A stretch of 30,111 nt of DNA from an uncultured Acetobacteraceae bacterium (lineage in GTDB: Bacteria > Pseudomonadota > Alphaproteobacteria > CACIAM-22H2), in assembly GCA_964563665.1 (NCBI GenBank), contig CAZLYV010000003.1, positions 9,996 through 40,106 on the forward strand. Direction: 5' to 3'. This document shows positions 9,732 to 19,074 of this stretch, piece after piece (the stretch's first letter is position 1; the number at the start of each line of letters is the position of its first letter). Below the pieces are notes generated by a model, which was not told where the DNA came from, ran no database searches, and saw only the letters and a list, made by a program, of their open reading frames with translations. The position numbers were made by a program, and so were the translations under genes.

Positions 9732-11005
9732 CGGCCTTTCTGTTCGTGTCGTTCATGGGGCTTCTGGTCCTCGGCGTCCCGGTGGCGATCGCGCTGGGCG
9801 GCGCCTCGCTGCTTTTCGTTCTGGTGCAAGGGGAGATGCCGGCGCTGGTCGTCGTGCACCGCATGGTGATGGGCGTCGACTCGTTTCCGCTGCTCGCCAT
9901 TCCCTTCTTCATCATGGCCGGAAGCCTGATGAACTCAGGGGGTATCACGCAGCGCATCTACGATTTCGCGTTGGCGCTCGTCGGCTGGCTCAAGGGCGGT
10001 CTTGGCCACGTCAATGTCATTGGCTCGGTGATCTTCGCCGGGATGTCGGGAACGGCGGTGGCCGACGCCGGCGGGCTCGGCAACATCGAGATCCGCGCCA
10101 TGCGCGATCACGGCTATAGCGTCGATTTCGCGGTGGGAATCACCGGCGCGTCCTCGACCATCGGGCCGATCATTCCGCCCTCGCTGCCGCTCGTGATCTA
10201 CGGCGTGATGGCCAACACCTCGATCGGCCAACTCTTCGCGGCGGGGTTCCTGCCCGGGTTGCTGATGGCGGCGACGATGATGGTCATGGTCGCGTGGTAT
10301 GCCCATACCAAGGGCTATCAGCGCGACGCGGTGTTTGCCTGGGTGCGGCTCGTGGAAACCTCGAAGCGCGCCTTCCTGCCGCTGATGACGCCGGTGCTGC
10401 TCATCGGCGGCATGACGACCGGCGTCTTCACCCCGACCGAAGCGGCGATCGCCGCCACCGCCTACGCCCTCGTCCTCGGCCTGTTCGTCTACCGCACGCT
10501 CAGCTGGAAGGGCCTGGTCAAGGTCAGCATGGAGACCGTCGAGACGACCGCCATCATCCTCCTGATCGTTGCCGGCGCGTCGATCTTCGGCTGGATCATC
10601 ACCACGACACGGATCACCGACAACGTCGCCGACCTCGTGCTGGCGATCACCACCGAGCCGTGGCTGATCCTGCTTCTGGTCAACGTCTTCCTGCTGATCG
10701 TCGGCTGCTTCATGGAGACGATCGCGGCGATCACCATCCTGGTGCCCGTATTGTTGCCGCTGATGGACAAGATCGGCGTCGATCCGGTGCATTTCGGAAT
10801 CATCATGGTGCTCAATCTGATGATCGGCCTGCTGACTCCACCGGTGGGGATGGTGCTCTACATCCTGGCGCGGGTCGCCAACATCTCGTTCGAACGGACG
10901 ACGAAGGCCTGTGCGCCGTTCCTGGTCCCGCTCTTGGTGACGCTCGCCATCGTCACCTACTGGCCCGCCATGGTGCTCTGGCTGCCGACCATCTTTTATC
11001 GTTGA
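9728..11005 (+). CDS. dctM: TRAP large permease (DctM, SiaM-like clade)
   Basis: 425 aa. SFPLLAIPFFIMAG, GGLGHVNVIGSVIFAGMSGTAVADAGGLG, IGPIIPPS and IGLLTPPVG. Confidence 0.95.
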   Translation: MTAFLFVSFMGLLVLGVPVAIALGGASLLFVLVQGEMPALVVVHRMVMGVDSFPLLAIPFFIMAGSLMNSGGITQRIYDFALALVGWLKGGLGHVNVIGSVIFAGMSGTAVADAGGLGNIEIRAMRDHGYSVDFAVGITGASSTIGPIIPPSLPLVIYGVMANTSIGQLFAAGFLPGLLMAATMMVMVAWYAHTKGYQRDAVFAWVRLVETSKRAFLPLMTPVLLIGGMTTGVFTPTEAAIAATAYALVLGLFVYRTLSWKGLVKVSMETVETTAIILLIVAGASIFGWIITTTRITDNVADLVLAITTEPWLILLLVNVFLLIVGCFMETIAAITILVPVLLPLMDKIGVDPVHFGIIMVLNLMIGLLTPPVGMVLYILARVANISFERTTKACAPFLVPLLVTLAIVTYWPAMVLWLPTIFYR

Positions 11006-11016
11006 GCCGTAATACG

Positions 11017-11040
11017 GCGCCCGCGTGGGCGGGCGCTGTT
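11017..11040. terminator. GC-rich hairpin between convergent dctM and rraA-like genes
   Basis: GCGCCCGC-GTGG-GCGGGCGC, an 8-bp stem at 11017-11036. Only a short TGTT follows, so this is a weak terminator candidate. Confidence 0.4.
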
Positions 11041-11708
11041 CAGAGAATGCCGTGCCGCGCAAAAACGTCGCGAAGCTTGGCGCCGCGGCGGAGCTCGGCC
11101 CGGGTCCGGTTTTCGCCCGTGACCTTGGCCAGCGCCCGGGTCAACGTCTCGGTCTCGATCTTGCGCGGGATCACCACGACACCGTCGGCGTCGCCAAACA
11201 CCAGATCGCCCGGTTCGACACGGACGCCCCCGCATTCGACCGGAATGTCGATCGCGGCCACTTCACCACGCCCTTTCGAGTCGAGCGGCCCGATTCCGCC
11301 ATGGAAAACCGGAAACCGCATTTTGCGGATGGCGCGGATGTCGCGGGTGAGCCCGTCGGTGACGCACCCCGCCGCGCGTCGCGCCCGAGACGCGGTCGTC
11401 AGCAGCTCGCCCCATGGCGCGATCCGCTTCGATCCGCCGCAGGCAAGCACCGGCACCTCGCCGGGTTTCAAATCGTCGATCAGCGCGATTTCGAGCTCGT
11501 AGGGGTTCTCGCCCTCGGCCTCGTGATAGACCTCGCGGTAGAGCCCGGTGCGCGCGCGGCCCAGCAAGACGAGCGATTCGTCGAGCGGCCGTATCGACGC
11601 CGCCATCGCCTGGCTGCGAAACCCAAGGGCGTCGAGCGTGTCGGAGACGACCGACACGAACAGTTTGCGGCGGGCGGTGGCGAGAAAATCGCGTCGTCGA
11701 GATTGCAT
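11040..11708 (-). CDS. RraA family / HMG-CHA aldolase-like protein
   Basis: 222 aa. VSVVSDTLD, APWGELL, GCVTDGLTRDI, GPLDS and VEPGDLVFGDADGVVVIP match the RraA/HMG aldolase fold. Confidence 0.88.
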   Translation of the reverse strand: MQSRRRDFLATARRKLFVSVVSDTLDALGFRSQAMAASIRPLDESLVLLGRARTGLYREVYHEAEGENPYELEIALIDDLKPGEVPVLACGGSKRIAPWGELLTTASRARRAAGCVTDGLTRDIRAIRKMRFPVFHGGIGPLDSKGRGEVAAIDIPVECGGVRVEPGDLVFGDADGVVVIPRKIETETLTRALAKVTGENRTRAELRRGAKLRDVFARHGIL

Positions 11709-11712
11709 GATT

Positions 11713-12465
11713 TCAGTACGTCGCGCGACCGCCCGAGATATCGAACACCGCGCCGGTCGAGAAGCTGCATTCCTCCGAGGCGAGCCAGGCGACCAGAGCG
11801 GCGATCTCCTCGGCCTTGCCGAAGCGGCCCATCGGGATCTTGGCGAGCATGTACTGAATATGCTCCTTGGTCATCTCCTTGAAGATGTCGGTTTCGACCG
11901 CGGCCGGTGTCACGCAGTTGACGATGACGCCGCTATCCGCGAGCTCCTTGCCGAGCGACTTGGTGAGGCCGATCAGACCAGCCTTGGCCGCGCTATAGGC
12001 GGGGGCATTTGGGTTGCCTTCCTTGCCGGCGACCGAGGCGATATTGACGATTCGTCCGTATTTCTGGGAGATCATGCGCGGCACGATCTCGCGGCAGCAC
12101 ATAAAGGGTCCGGTCAGATCGACCTCCAGCACGCGACGCCAGTTTTCCGGCGAATATTCCCAGGTCTTTTGATTGGGGCCGGTGATGCCGGCATTATTGA
12201 CCAGAATGTCGACGCGGCCCATTTGACCGATCGCCGATTGCGTCGCCGCCGTTACCGACACAACGTCGGTCACATCGACGACGGTCGAATGCACGGCGCC
12301 CTTTCCGGCGAGACGCTTCGTCGCCGCGTCGAGCGCGTGCGGGTCGATATCCCACAGACTCACCTCGGCCTTCGAGGCGAGAAATCGTTCGGCGATGGCG
12401 AGCCCGATGCCGCGGCCGCCGCCCGTGATCACGGCCTTGCGTCCAACGAAATCGATCTGGTTCAT
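11713..12465 (-). CDS. SDR oxidoreductase, 2-dehydro-3-deoxy-L-rhamnonate 4-dehydrogenase (LRA5)-like
   Basis: 250 aa. ITGGGRGIG, NNAGITG, YGRIVNIASVAGKEGNPNAPAYSAAKAG, LGKELA, KIPMGRFG and ASEECSFSTGAVFDISGGRATY match the Sphingomonas LRA5-type sequence as recalled. Confidence 0.85.
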   Translation of the reverse strand: MNQIDFVGRKAVITGGGRGIGLAIAERFLASKAEVSLWDIDPHALDAATKRLAGKGAVHSTVVDVTDVVSVTAATQSAIGQMGRVDILVNNAGITGPNQKTWEYSPENWRRVLEVDLTGPFMCCREIVPRMISQKYGRIVNIASVAGKEGNPNAPAYSAAKAGLIGLTKSLGKELADSGVIVNCVTPAAVETDIFKEMTKEHIQYMLAKIPMGRFGKAEEIAALVAWLASEECSFSTGAVFDISGGRATY

Positions 12466-12576
12466 GGACCAATGCCTCTTGTCGTTCGTTCGTCGAACCG
12501 CGCAACTCTAAGGACAATCCGTGCCTGGCGCCAGCCTCGCGGCCGACGGCGGCTAGCCCCGGGAGGCGTGCCCATT

Positions 12577-12604
12577 TTGCGATCAACCGGCCGTCGGTTA
12601 AGAT
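12577..12604 (+). promoter_or_regulatory. Candidate sigma70 promoter with an overlapping inverted repeat upstream of the ABC operon
   Basis: TTGCGA (12577-82), 16-bp spacer, TAAGAT (12599-604). AACCG-N5-CGGTT inverted repeat at 12585-12599 within the spacer. Confidence 0.35.
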
Positions 12605-12635
12605 CACGATAAGTGCCCGAGGGAGGCGCCCAACC

Positions 12636-13712
12636 ATGCCGTCAGCGGCGCTCGATATCGAACGGCTGCAAGCCAATTACGGAACGCTTCGCGTCTTGAA
12701 GGGCGTGTCGCTGACGATCCGCGGCGGCGAGTTCGTCGCGCTCTTGGGCTCGTCGGGATGCGGCAAGACCACCCTGCTGCGGGCGATTTCCGGCTTCGTT
12801 CCGGTCACGAGCGGCAGCATCCGCGTCGACGGCCGCGACATCACCCAGGCGCCGCCCGATCGTCGCGATATGGCGATGGTGTTCCAATCCTATGCGTTAT
12901 GGCCGCACATGACGGTCGCCCAGAACATCGGCTATGGCCTGCGGCTGCGCCGCCAATCCAAGGCGGAGATCGCCAAACGGGTGGACGAGGTGCTGGCGAT
13001 GCTGAAGCTCGATGGGCTCGGTGCCCGCATGGTGACGCAGCTCTCGGGCGGCCAGCGCCAGCGCGTGGCGCTGGGCCGCGCGCTCGCGGTCAATCCCAAG
13101 ATCCTGTTGCTCGATGAGCCGTTGTCGAACCTGGATGCGCGAATCCGCGAGGACGTCCGGCACGAGATCAAGGCGCTCCAGCAATCCTTGGGTATCACCG
13201 CGATCCACGTCACCCATGACCGCGAAGAGGCGATGGTGATGGCGGATCGGATCGTGATCCTGGACGCCGGGGAAATCGCCCAGGCGGGAACGCCCGAGGA
13301 CGTCTATAACCGACCGGTTTCGCCGTTCGTCGCCGCGTTCATGGGGGCGGCGAATTCGATCCGCCTCAAGGCGCGAACGCAAGCGGACGGATTGGTGATC
13401 GAGGCGGGGCCGCACAACGCCGCGGCGCGGCTTCAGCGCCGCGAGAGTGCGCTCGACGGGCCGGTGGTGCTGCATTTTCGCAGCGAGGCGGCGCATCTCA
13501 CCGAACCGTCGGCCGCCAACGGCGAGGGCGACCTTGTCTTGCACGGGCAGATCGCGCAATCCTCGTATCCGGGTGGGTTCTGGCGTTACGCTGTCCGCGT
13601 CGGCGATCGGCAGTTCATGGTCGACGACGAGCGGCGCCTGTCCGTCGGCGCAGATGTCGGAATCCGGCTGCGGACCGATTCGGTCCACGTTTATCCCGCC
13701 ACAGGAGACTAA
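12636..13712 (+). CDS. ABC transporter ATP-binding protein (PotA/FbpC-like, C-terminal TOBE)
   Basis: Walker A GSSGCGKT, Q-loop MVFQSYALWPHM, signature LSGGQRQR, Walker B LLLDEP, H-loop VTHD. GGGAGG RBS. Confidence 0.95.
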   Translation: MPSAALDIERLQANYGTLRVLKGVSLTIRGGEFVALLGSSGCGKTTLLRAISGFVPVTSGSIRVDGRDITQAPPDRRDMAMVFQSYALWPHMTVAQNIGYGLRLRRQSKAEIAKRVDEVLAMLKLDGLGARMVTQLSGGQRQRVALGRALAVNPKILLLDEPLSNLDARIREDVRHEIKALQQSLGITAIHVTHDREEAMVMADRIVILDAGEIAQAGTPEDVYNRPVSPFVAAFMGAANSIRLKARTQADGLVIEAGPHNAAARLQRRESALDGPVVLHFRSEAAHLTEPSAANGEGDLVLHGQIAQSSYPGGFWRYAVRVGDRQFMVDDERRLSVGADVGIRLRTDSVHVYPATGD

Positions 13713-13792
13713 AAACACGCAAATCGCCTCAAATCCGTAACGCGCGACGGCCATGATGCATCGCCGTTCGCAAACCTGGGAGGACTCGAGCC

Positions 13793-14956
13793 ATGCTAGC
13801 TATCACGCGTCGATCCACGTTCCTCGTCGTCGCATCGGCGGCGGGGCTCGCGTTTGCCTATCCCGCCGCGGCACAGCAGCGCACGACGATCAACGTCATG
13901 ACCGCGGGCGACCAGAACATGGTCGACTACATTACCGACTTCCTCGCGCCGCAATTCGAGAAGGAGAATCCGACGGTCAAGGTTCGCGCCGTCGGCAGCG
14001 GCCCGGGCGACGCCGGCTCGCAGAAGATCTGGGAGCGCATCGACGCCCAGAAAAAAGCGAACACCGCGCAATGGGACGTCGACGTCGCCGTCGTCCACCA
14101 ACGGATGGCCGGTCAGATGGTGCAGGAAGGATTGCTCGACAAGTATCGCCCGAACATCAGCACCGGAAAGCTGGTCTCGCGCGACACGGCGAAAAAAGCG
14201 CTCGGCGCCGACGTCGATGGCTATGTGATTCCGATGTTCCACAGCCAGACGGCGATCGCCTACAACCCGGCGCTGGTCAAAAGCCCGCCCAAGAACTACG
14301 ACGAACTGACCTCCTGGGTGCAGGCGAACCCGAAGAAATTCGGATACAACGGCATCAAGGGCGGCATGTCCGGCGTCGCCTTCGTATTCGGCTGGGTCTA
14401 CGCCAACTCGTCCAACCCGCAGCAGTTGATGGAGGGGCCGTACGACCCCAAGGTCAAGGACGGTTGGGCGCCGGCGCTCGCCAAGCTCAAGGAGTTCAAC
14501 AAGAACGTCGTCATCACGCCGGGTAACGCAGGGACCCTCGACATGTTGAACCGCGGCGAGATCGTCATGGGACCGGTGTGGGTCGACATGTTCTATACCT
14601 GGCAAGCGGAAGGCCGCCTGCCGCCGACAATGAGGCTCGAGATTCTAGCGCCGGGCCTGCCGGGTCAGCCGATGTACTACGTGATCCCGGCGAAGGCGGC
14701 GAACATGGATGCGGCGCGCAAGTTCGTCGAGTTCGCCACCAGCCCGTTGATTCAGGCCGAGGGAATCGTCAAGCGTTTCAACTGGTACCCCGGCATCGAC
14801 GCGCAGTACGTCCAGGCGCATCTCGACAAGGCGGTGTGGGACAAGCTGTTCAAAGACGTCTCGCCGCAGGATCTCCAGACCAAGGGCAAGCCGATGCCGA
14901 TCGGCGAATACTTCAAGGAGATCACGGAAGCCTACGAGCGCTCGGTCGCCAATTGA
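13793..14956 (+). CDS. ABC substrate-binding protein (PotD/FbpA-like cluster D, substrate unknown)
   Basis: Signal peptide ending YPAAA, GGAGG RBS, 387 aa. Located between the ATPase and the permeases. Confidence 0.88.
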   Translation: MLAITRRSTFLVVASAAGLAFAYPAAAQQRTTINVMTAGDQNMVDYITDFLAPQFEKENPTVKVRAVGSGPGDAGSQKIWERIDAQKKANTAQWDVDVAVVHQRMAGQMVQEGLLDKYRPNISTGKLVSRDTAKKALGADVDGYVIPMFHSQTAIAYNPALVKSPPKNYDELTSWVQANPKKFGYNGIKGGMSGVAFVFGWVYANSSNPQQLMEGPYDPKVKDGWAPALAKLKEFNKNVVITPGNAGTLDMLNRGEIVMGPVWVDMFYTWQAEGRLPPTMRLEILAPGLPGQPMYYVIPAKAANMDAARKFVEFATSPLIQAEGIVKRFNWYPGIDAQYVQAHLDKAVWDKLFKDVSPQDLQTKGKPMPIGEYFKEITEAYERSVAN

Positions 14957-14974
14957 CCAGCGCGCGCCGTCTTA

Positions 14975-15061
14975 CCCTCACCCTCCCGCCGCTTCGCCGC
15001 GGGTCCCTCCCTCTCCCCGGCGGGGAGAGGCGGCAACGCGAATGCGTTGCCGGGGTGAGGG
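14975..15061. repeat. REP-like multi-hairpin palindromic element
   Basis: Outer stem CCCTCACCC (14975-83) / GGGTGAGGG (15053-61). It encloses an imperfect hairpin CCCGC...GCGGG (14985-15003), CCTCTCCCCG-G-CGGGGAGAGG (15010-30) and CGGCAACGC-GAAT-GCGTTGCCG (15031-52). Confidence 0.8.
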
Positions 15062-15107
15062 GGACGCCGCAAGATATGCCGGTCACCGCGGCCAACGTCC
15101 GTCTGGC

Positions 15108-15941
15108 ATGAACCACTCGCGTGGATTGTCGGTCCTCCTGGTGGCGCCGGCCCTCCTGGTGATGCTGGCGCTGTTTGTCTACCCGCTCAGCTTCTCGCTG
15201 GTGAGCGCATTCGCCGAAAAGAGCGGTGCGCTCACGCTCGCCAATTTCGACAAGGCGTTCGAGCTTTACTCGCGCGATGTCGTCTTCACGATGGTCATCA
15301 TCGCCGTCTCGACGCTGCTTATCGGGGCGTGCTCGATCGCCATCGGCGGGTACCTCACGCTGGGCGAAAATCCGACGGCGATCGCCGTGCTCGCCTGGCT
15401 CTATCGCTGGCCGCTGTTCGTGCCGTTCATCGTCGCCGCGCAATGCATGCGCACCTTCCTCGCCAAGAACGGCATGATGAACAACACGCTGGTGTCGCTC
15501 GATATTCTCGACGTGTCGACGACCCAGAGCTTCCTCGACTGGCGCGGCATCATCATTACCTTCGTATGGAAGCAGCTACCCTTCGTAACCCTGATGGTCG
15601 CCGGCGCGATGGCGACGCTCGACCGCGCGACCATCGATGCTGCGCGCAATCTCGGCGCCTCGCGGCTCCGCATCCTGATCGAGATCGTCGTGCCGCAGGT
15701 GCGTCCGACGCTGGTGGTCGGGCTCATCTTGTCGTTCGTCACCATGATGTCGGTGCTCTCGGTGCCGATCATGATCAGCGGCGGCACGCCGACCATGCTG
15801 ACGGTGGACATGGCCTATCGCATCAATGCCTTTGGCGACTATGGCGTCGCCAACGCGCTCGGCTTCATTTCCTACCTTATGACGGGCTTCGTCGCCTGGA
15901 TCTATCTGCGCCAAGGGGTGCGCGAGCGGAGCGCGTCATGA
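15108..15941 (+). CDS. ABC transporter permease 1 (PotB-like)
   Basis: Start ATG 15108 (MNHSRG). EAA-loop-like IDAARNLGASRLRILIEIVVP. ATGA overlap with the next permease. Confidence 0.9.
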   Translation: MNHSRGLSVLLVAPALLVMLALFVYPLSFSLVSAFAEKSGALTLANFDKAFELYSRDVVFTMVIIAVSTLLIGACSIAIGGYLTLGENPTAIAVLAWLYRWPLFVPFIVAAQCMRTFLAKNGMMNNTLVSLDILDVSTTQSFLDWRGIIITFVWKQLPFVTLMVAGAMATLDRATIDAARNLGASRLRILIEIVVPQVRPTLVVGLILSFVTMMSVLSVPIMISGGTPTMLTVDMAYRINAFGDYGVANALGFISYLMTGFVAWIYLRQGVRERSAS

Positions 15942-16750
15942 ACCGCAGCGCAGCGTGGCACTGGCTGCCGCGCGGAATCGTACTTGGTCTGCTTGCCATC
16001 GCGATTTTCGGACCGCTGGCCAATCTCGTCGTGTGGTCGTTCGCCGAGGCGTGGTTCTTTCCCTACAAGCTGCCCTCGCAATGGGGGTTCCGCTACTGGG
16101 AGCATGTGTTCCGTCCGACCGGCGGGGCGATGGAAGCGCTGTGGATCAGCATCTGGATCGCCTTGCTCACGGTCGCTACCTGCCTCGCCATCGCCATCCC
16201 GGCGGGCCTGGCGCTTGCCCGCGGCCGGCTGCCGTGGCGGGCGCTCATTATGCTTGCATTCCTGCTGCCGCAAGCGTTTCCGAGCTTGCCGGTCTACATC
16301 AACGTGGCCCGCATCTTCTATCAGTTCGGATTGAACGGCACGGTGGGCGGTGTTGTCCTGGTGCATACGCTGCACGGGCTTGTCTATGCGGTGTGGATCG
16401 CCACCGCCGCCTTCGCCGCGATCGATCGCGAACTCGAGGAGGCGGCGCGCAACATGGGCGCCTCCACTCTCCATACGTTCCTCACGGTGACCCTGCCGTT
16501 GGCGGCGCCGGGCATCATGGCGAGCGCGATCTTCGTTTTTCTGGAATCGCTCGACGAATTCACCGGCTCGTATTTCGTCGGCGCACCCGAGGTGACGACG
16601 TTGCCGCTGTTGATGTTCAACGCCAGCATGGGCGGCAACTATCAGATTTCGTCGATCACCGCGCTCATTCTTCTGCTCCCTTCGATCGGGTTCATGCTGG
16701 TGGTCGAGCGCTTCCTCAAGGCCGACGTGCTCGCCAAGGTGGGCAATTGA
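15938..16750 (+). CDS. ABC transporter permease 2 (PotC-like)
   Basis: Start ATG 15938 (MNRSAAW), 270 aa. EAA loop LEEAARNMGAS...VTLPLAAPG and FLESLDEF. Confidence 0.92.
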   Translation: MNRSAAWHWLPRGIVLGLLAIAIFGPLANLVVWSFAEAWFFPYKLPSQWGFRYWEHVFRPTGGAMEALWISIWIALLTVATCLAIAIPAGLALARGRLPWRALIMLAFLLPQAFPSLPVYINVARIFYQFGLNGTVGGVVLVHTLHGLVYAVWIATAAFAAIDRELEEAARNMGASTLHTFLTVTLPLAAPGIMASAIFVFLESLDEFTGSYFVGAPEVTTLPLLMFNASMGGNYQISSITALILLLPSIGFMLVVERFLKADVLAKVGN

Positions 16751-16763
16751 CGGTTGGCACGGT

Positions 16764-17390
16764 TTACGTGGCGGCGATGAGCTTGTCCGGCGGGGCCCAG
16801 CCCGGCAGCGCCTCGATGGTTTGCCGCCAAACGACGATCTTCGGCCGCTCGGCGAGCGAGAATCCGGCCTCCTCGGCCAGCCGCGCATAGGCATAGATCG
16901 AAATGTCGGCCACCGTCGGCGCCGGGCCGACGACGAAACGGTCTTTGGCCAGCTGGTTCTCGAGCTGGCTGAGGCCGCGCTCGCCCGTCTTGCGGAAGAA
17001 CGTCACCACGGCGGGCTCGCCTTCGATCACCTTGGTGAAAAACCGCGTGCGACCGATGCCCGGAAAGAGCGTCTCCTGCTCCCAGAACAGCCACTCGAGG
17101 ACGGCGATGCGCTGGCTGGGATCGCTCGGCCAGAACTTGCCGCTCCGTTCGCCGAGATAGATGAGGATGGCGTTCGATTGGGTGATGATCCGCTCGCCGT
17201 GCCGCAAGGTCGGCACCTGGCCGAAGGGATTGATTGCTCGGTAAGCGGGGGTGCGCTGCTGGCCGGCATTGAGATCGACCGTCTCGAGGCGGTAGGTGGT
17301 TGCCGTCAGGGCCAGCATGAGGGCCGCTTTGTAGGCATTGCCCGAGCGGATGTGGGCATAAAGCACGTAGCCATCGCTCGACGAATTCAT
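16764..17390 (-). CDS. Glutathione S-transferase family protein
   Basis: Start ATG 17390 with a GGAGA RBS. SGNAYK, INPFGQVPTL, QSNAILIYL and PTVADISIY. Confidence 0.92.
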   Translation of the reverse strand: MNSSSDGYVLYAHIRSGNAYKAALMLALTATTYRLETVDLNAGQQRTPAYRAINPFGQVPTLRHGERIITQSNAILIYLGERSGKFWPSDPSQRIAVLEWLFWEQETLFPGIGRTRFFTKVIEGEPAVVTFFRKTGERGLSQLENQLAKDRFVVGPAPTVADISIYAYARLAEEAGFSLAERPKIVVWRQTIEALPGWAPPDKLIAAT

Positions 17391-17851
17391 GGACGTCTCC
17401 CCGATGCAGTGCGCGACTGGACGAACCAACGGTCGATGGTCGACTTGTAGCCCGCCGGCATAGCGAGGTCGGCGACTTCGGACCAAGTGAACAGGTCGTG
17501 CGCCTTGTGCTCGCTGCTGCGGCGAATGAGCGGCGGGCCGCTCAGCGTACAGCCATAGGAAACGATAACGACCTCGACGCCCGGCGCAATGCGATAGACC
17601 CAGCTATCGAGGATGGAGTCGACGGTGACGCTGAGGCCGAGTTCCTCGGCGATTTCGCGCACCAGGCATGTCGCGGGCGACTCGCCGCGTTCGAGCTTGC
17701 CGCCGGGCAGCTCCCATTCGTCGCGTTCGTTGCGAAGCAGCACGACGCGGCCGGCGATGACGACGACGCCCTTGATCGACACCGGAAAGCGTTGGGCGTT
17801 CGTATCCCCGGACTCGCGATGGGCAGCGCCGGGCGGCGCGGGCGGGCTCAT
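17387..17851 (-). CDS. NUDIX hydrolase
   Basis: Nudix box GGKLERGESPATCLVREIAEELGL and FPVSIKGVV. Stop overlaps the GST start (ATGA). Start is 17851, with 17893 as an alternative. Confidence 0.88.
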   Translation of the reverse strand: MSPPAPPGAAHRESGDTNAQRFPVSIKGVVVIAGRVVLLRNERDEWELPGGKLERGESPATCLVREIAEELGLSVTVDSILDSWVYRIAPGVEVVIVSYGCTLSGPPLIRRSSEHKAHDLFTWSEVADLAMPAGYKSTIDRWFVQSRTASGRRP

Positions 17852-17995
17852 GTCTCGGTCAGGCAAGTTTACGCGCGATGAGAGAGCCGGCATTCTACGG
17901 CTTGTCGATCGTGCGCCACCAGCGATAAGCTTCCGGCTGGTTCGTTCCCGGATCGCGAAATCACGCCACCCGATCTACCTTTGGCCATCGATTCC

Positions 17996-18223
17996 ATGAA
18001 CACCGTCATCCTCGACGCCAAGGGGCTCAAATGCCCGCTCCCGGTCTTGCGCGCCAAGAAGGCTTTGCGCGACGTACCGGCCGGGGCGACGCTGCGGGTA
18101 CTGGCGACCGATCCCGGCGCGCTCGCGGACTTCATGTCGTTCTGTCAGACGACGGGGAACGTGCTGGTCGACTGGACGGAAGAGGACGGCGTGGTCACCC
18201 TCGATATTCGTAAAGCCGGCTGA
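17996..18223 (+). CDS. TusA/SirA family sulfur carrier protein
   Basis: LDAKGLKCPLPVL (CPxP motif) and LATDPGA, 75 aa. Alternative TTG start at 17981. Confidence 0.9.
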   Translation: MNTVILDAKGLKCPLPVLRAKKALRDVPAGATLRVLATDPGALADFMSFCQTTGNVLVDWTEEDGVVTLDIRKAG

Positions 18224-18254
18224 ACGCCGATCGATCTCCGATCGGAGCTCGAAC

Positions 18255-18884
18255 TCACACCGGCGGCACCCCGCCATCGCTGGCGGCGAGCGCCGCGCGG
18301 CGGGCCTGATCGATCGCGTGGCGCCGCGCCCGGCGCTTGTGTGCGTAGACCACCCCGCCGATTGAAATTGAAAACAGGCTAAGCAAGACGAGCCCGAAGA
18401 CCTGCGCCACCTCCCCCAGCACCGCCTCGAGCGCGCTGCCGAAGACGTAGCCGAAGCCGGCAAAGCTCATCGCCCAGCCGGCGGCGGCGAGCAAGTTGAG
18501 CGTGACGAAGCGGAGCGGATCGACGCCGCTCATCCCGATCGCGAACGAGGCGAAGTTGCGTACCCCGTAGATGAAGCGGAAGCTCACGATGAACCATGTG
18601 TCGTAGCGGCGCAGCGCGTCGAGCGCCAGCTCGACGCCCGGGCGCCAGCGCGGGAACCGGACAAGAAGCGTCTGGCCGTATTTTCGCCCGACCCAGAAAT
18701 AGAGCTGGTCGCCGGCAAAGCTGCCCCACCAGGCGCACATGAAAACGCCGAACCAGTCGAGCAGTCCCTGATGCGCGGCGAAGCCGGCGAAAATGACAAA
18801 CGTCTCGCCCTCGAAGAAGGTCCAGAGGAAGATCAGGGCGTAAAGGAAGGCGCCGTAATCGGCGACGAGCTGGTCGAAATTCAC
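18255..18884 (-). CDS. DedA family membrane protein
   Basis: FFEGETFVIFAG, GSFAGDQLYFWVGR, SFRFIYGVRNFASFAIG and F...NLLAAAGWA (DedA RFxxxxR motif). GTG start. Confidence 0.92.
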   Translation of the reverse strand: MNFDQLVADYGAFLYALIFLWTFFEGETFVIFAGFAAHQGLLDWFGVFMCAWWGSFAGDQLYFWVGRKYGQTLLVRFPRWRPGVELALDALRRYDTWFIVSFRFIYGVRNFASFAIGMSGVDPLRFVTLNLLAAAGWAMSFAGFGYVFGSALEAVLGEVAQVFGLVLLSLFSISIGGVVYAHKRRARRHAIDQARRAALAASDGGVPPV

Positions 18885-19024
18885 GGGGAGGGGCGCATCG
18901 CCAGTTTTGCGGTTCGAGGGCGTCGATTTTCCGTGGCAATCACATGCTCATGCGACAATATCATGGGGCGTTTCCCGCAAACAACCTCGGGTGTCGCGGC
19001 CGAATCCAGCCGTGGCGGCGGCGA

Positions 19025-19074
19025 TGGTGCCGGATGAGGGATTCGAACCCCCGACAAATGGTTTTCGAAACGGC
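19025..19074 (-). repeat. Duplicated 3' half of tRNA-Thr (att-like direct repeat)
   Basis: 19025-19055 is identical over 31 bp to 19970-20000 (TGGTGCCGGATGAGGGATTCGAACCCCCGAC). The next 19 nt match 20001-20019 at 14 of 19 positions, reaching through the anticodon arm. Confidence 0.92.

Noticed and set aside
13793-13876. Twin-arginine (Tat) signal in the SBP (TRRSTFL)
   Set aside because: The FL is displaced by one residue from the S/T-R-R-x-F-L-K consensus, so it cannot be distinguished from a Sec signal by eye.
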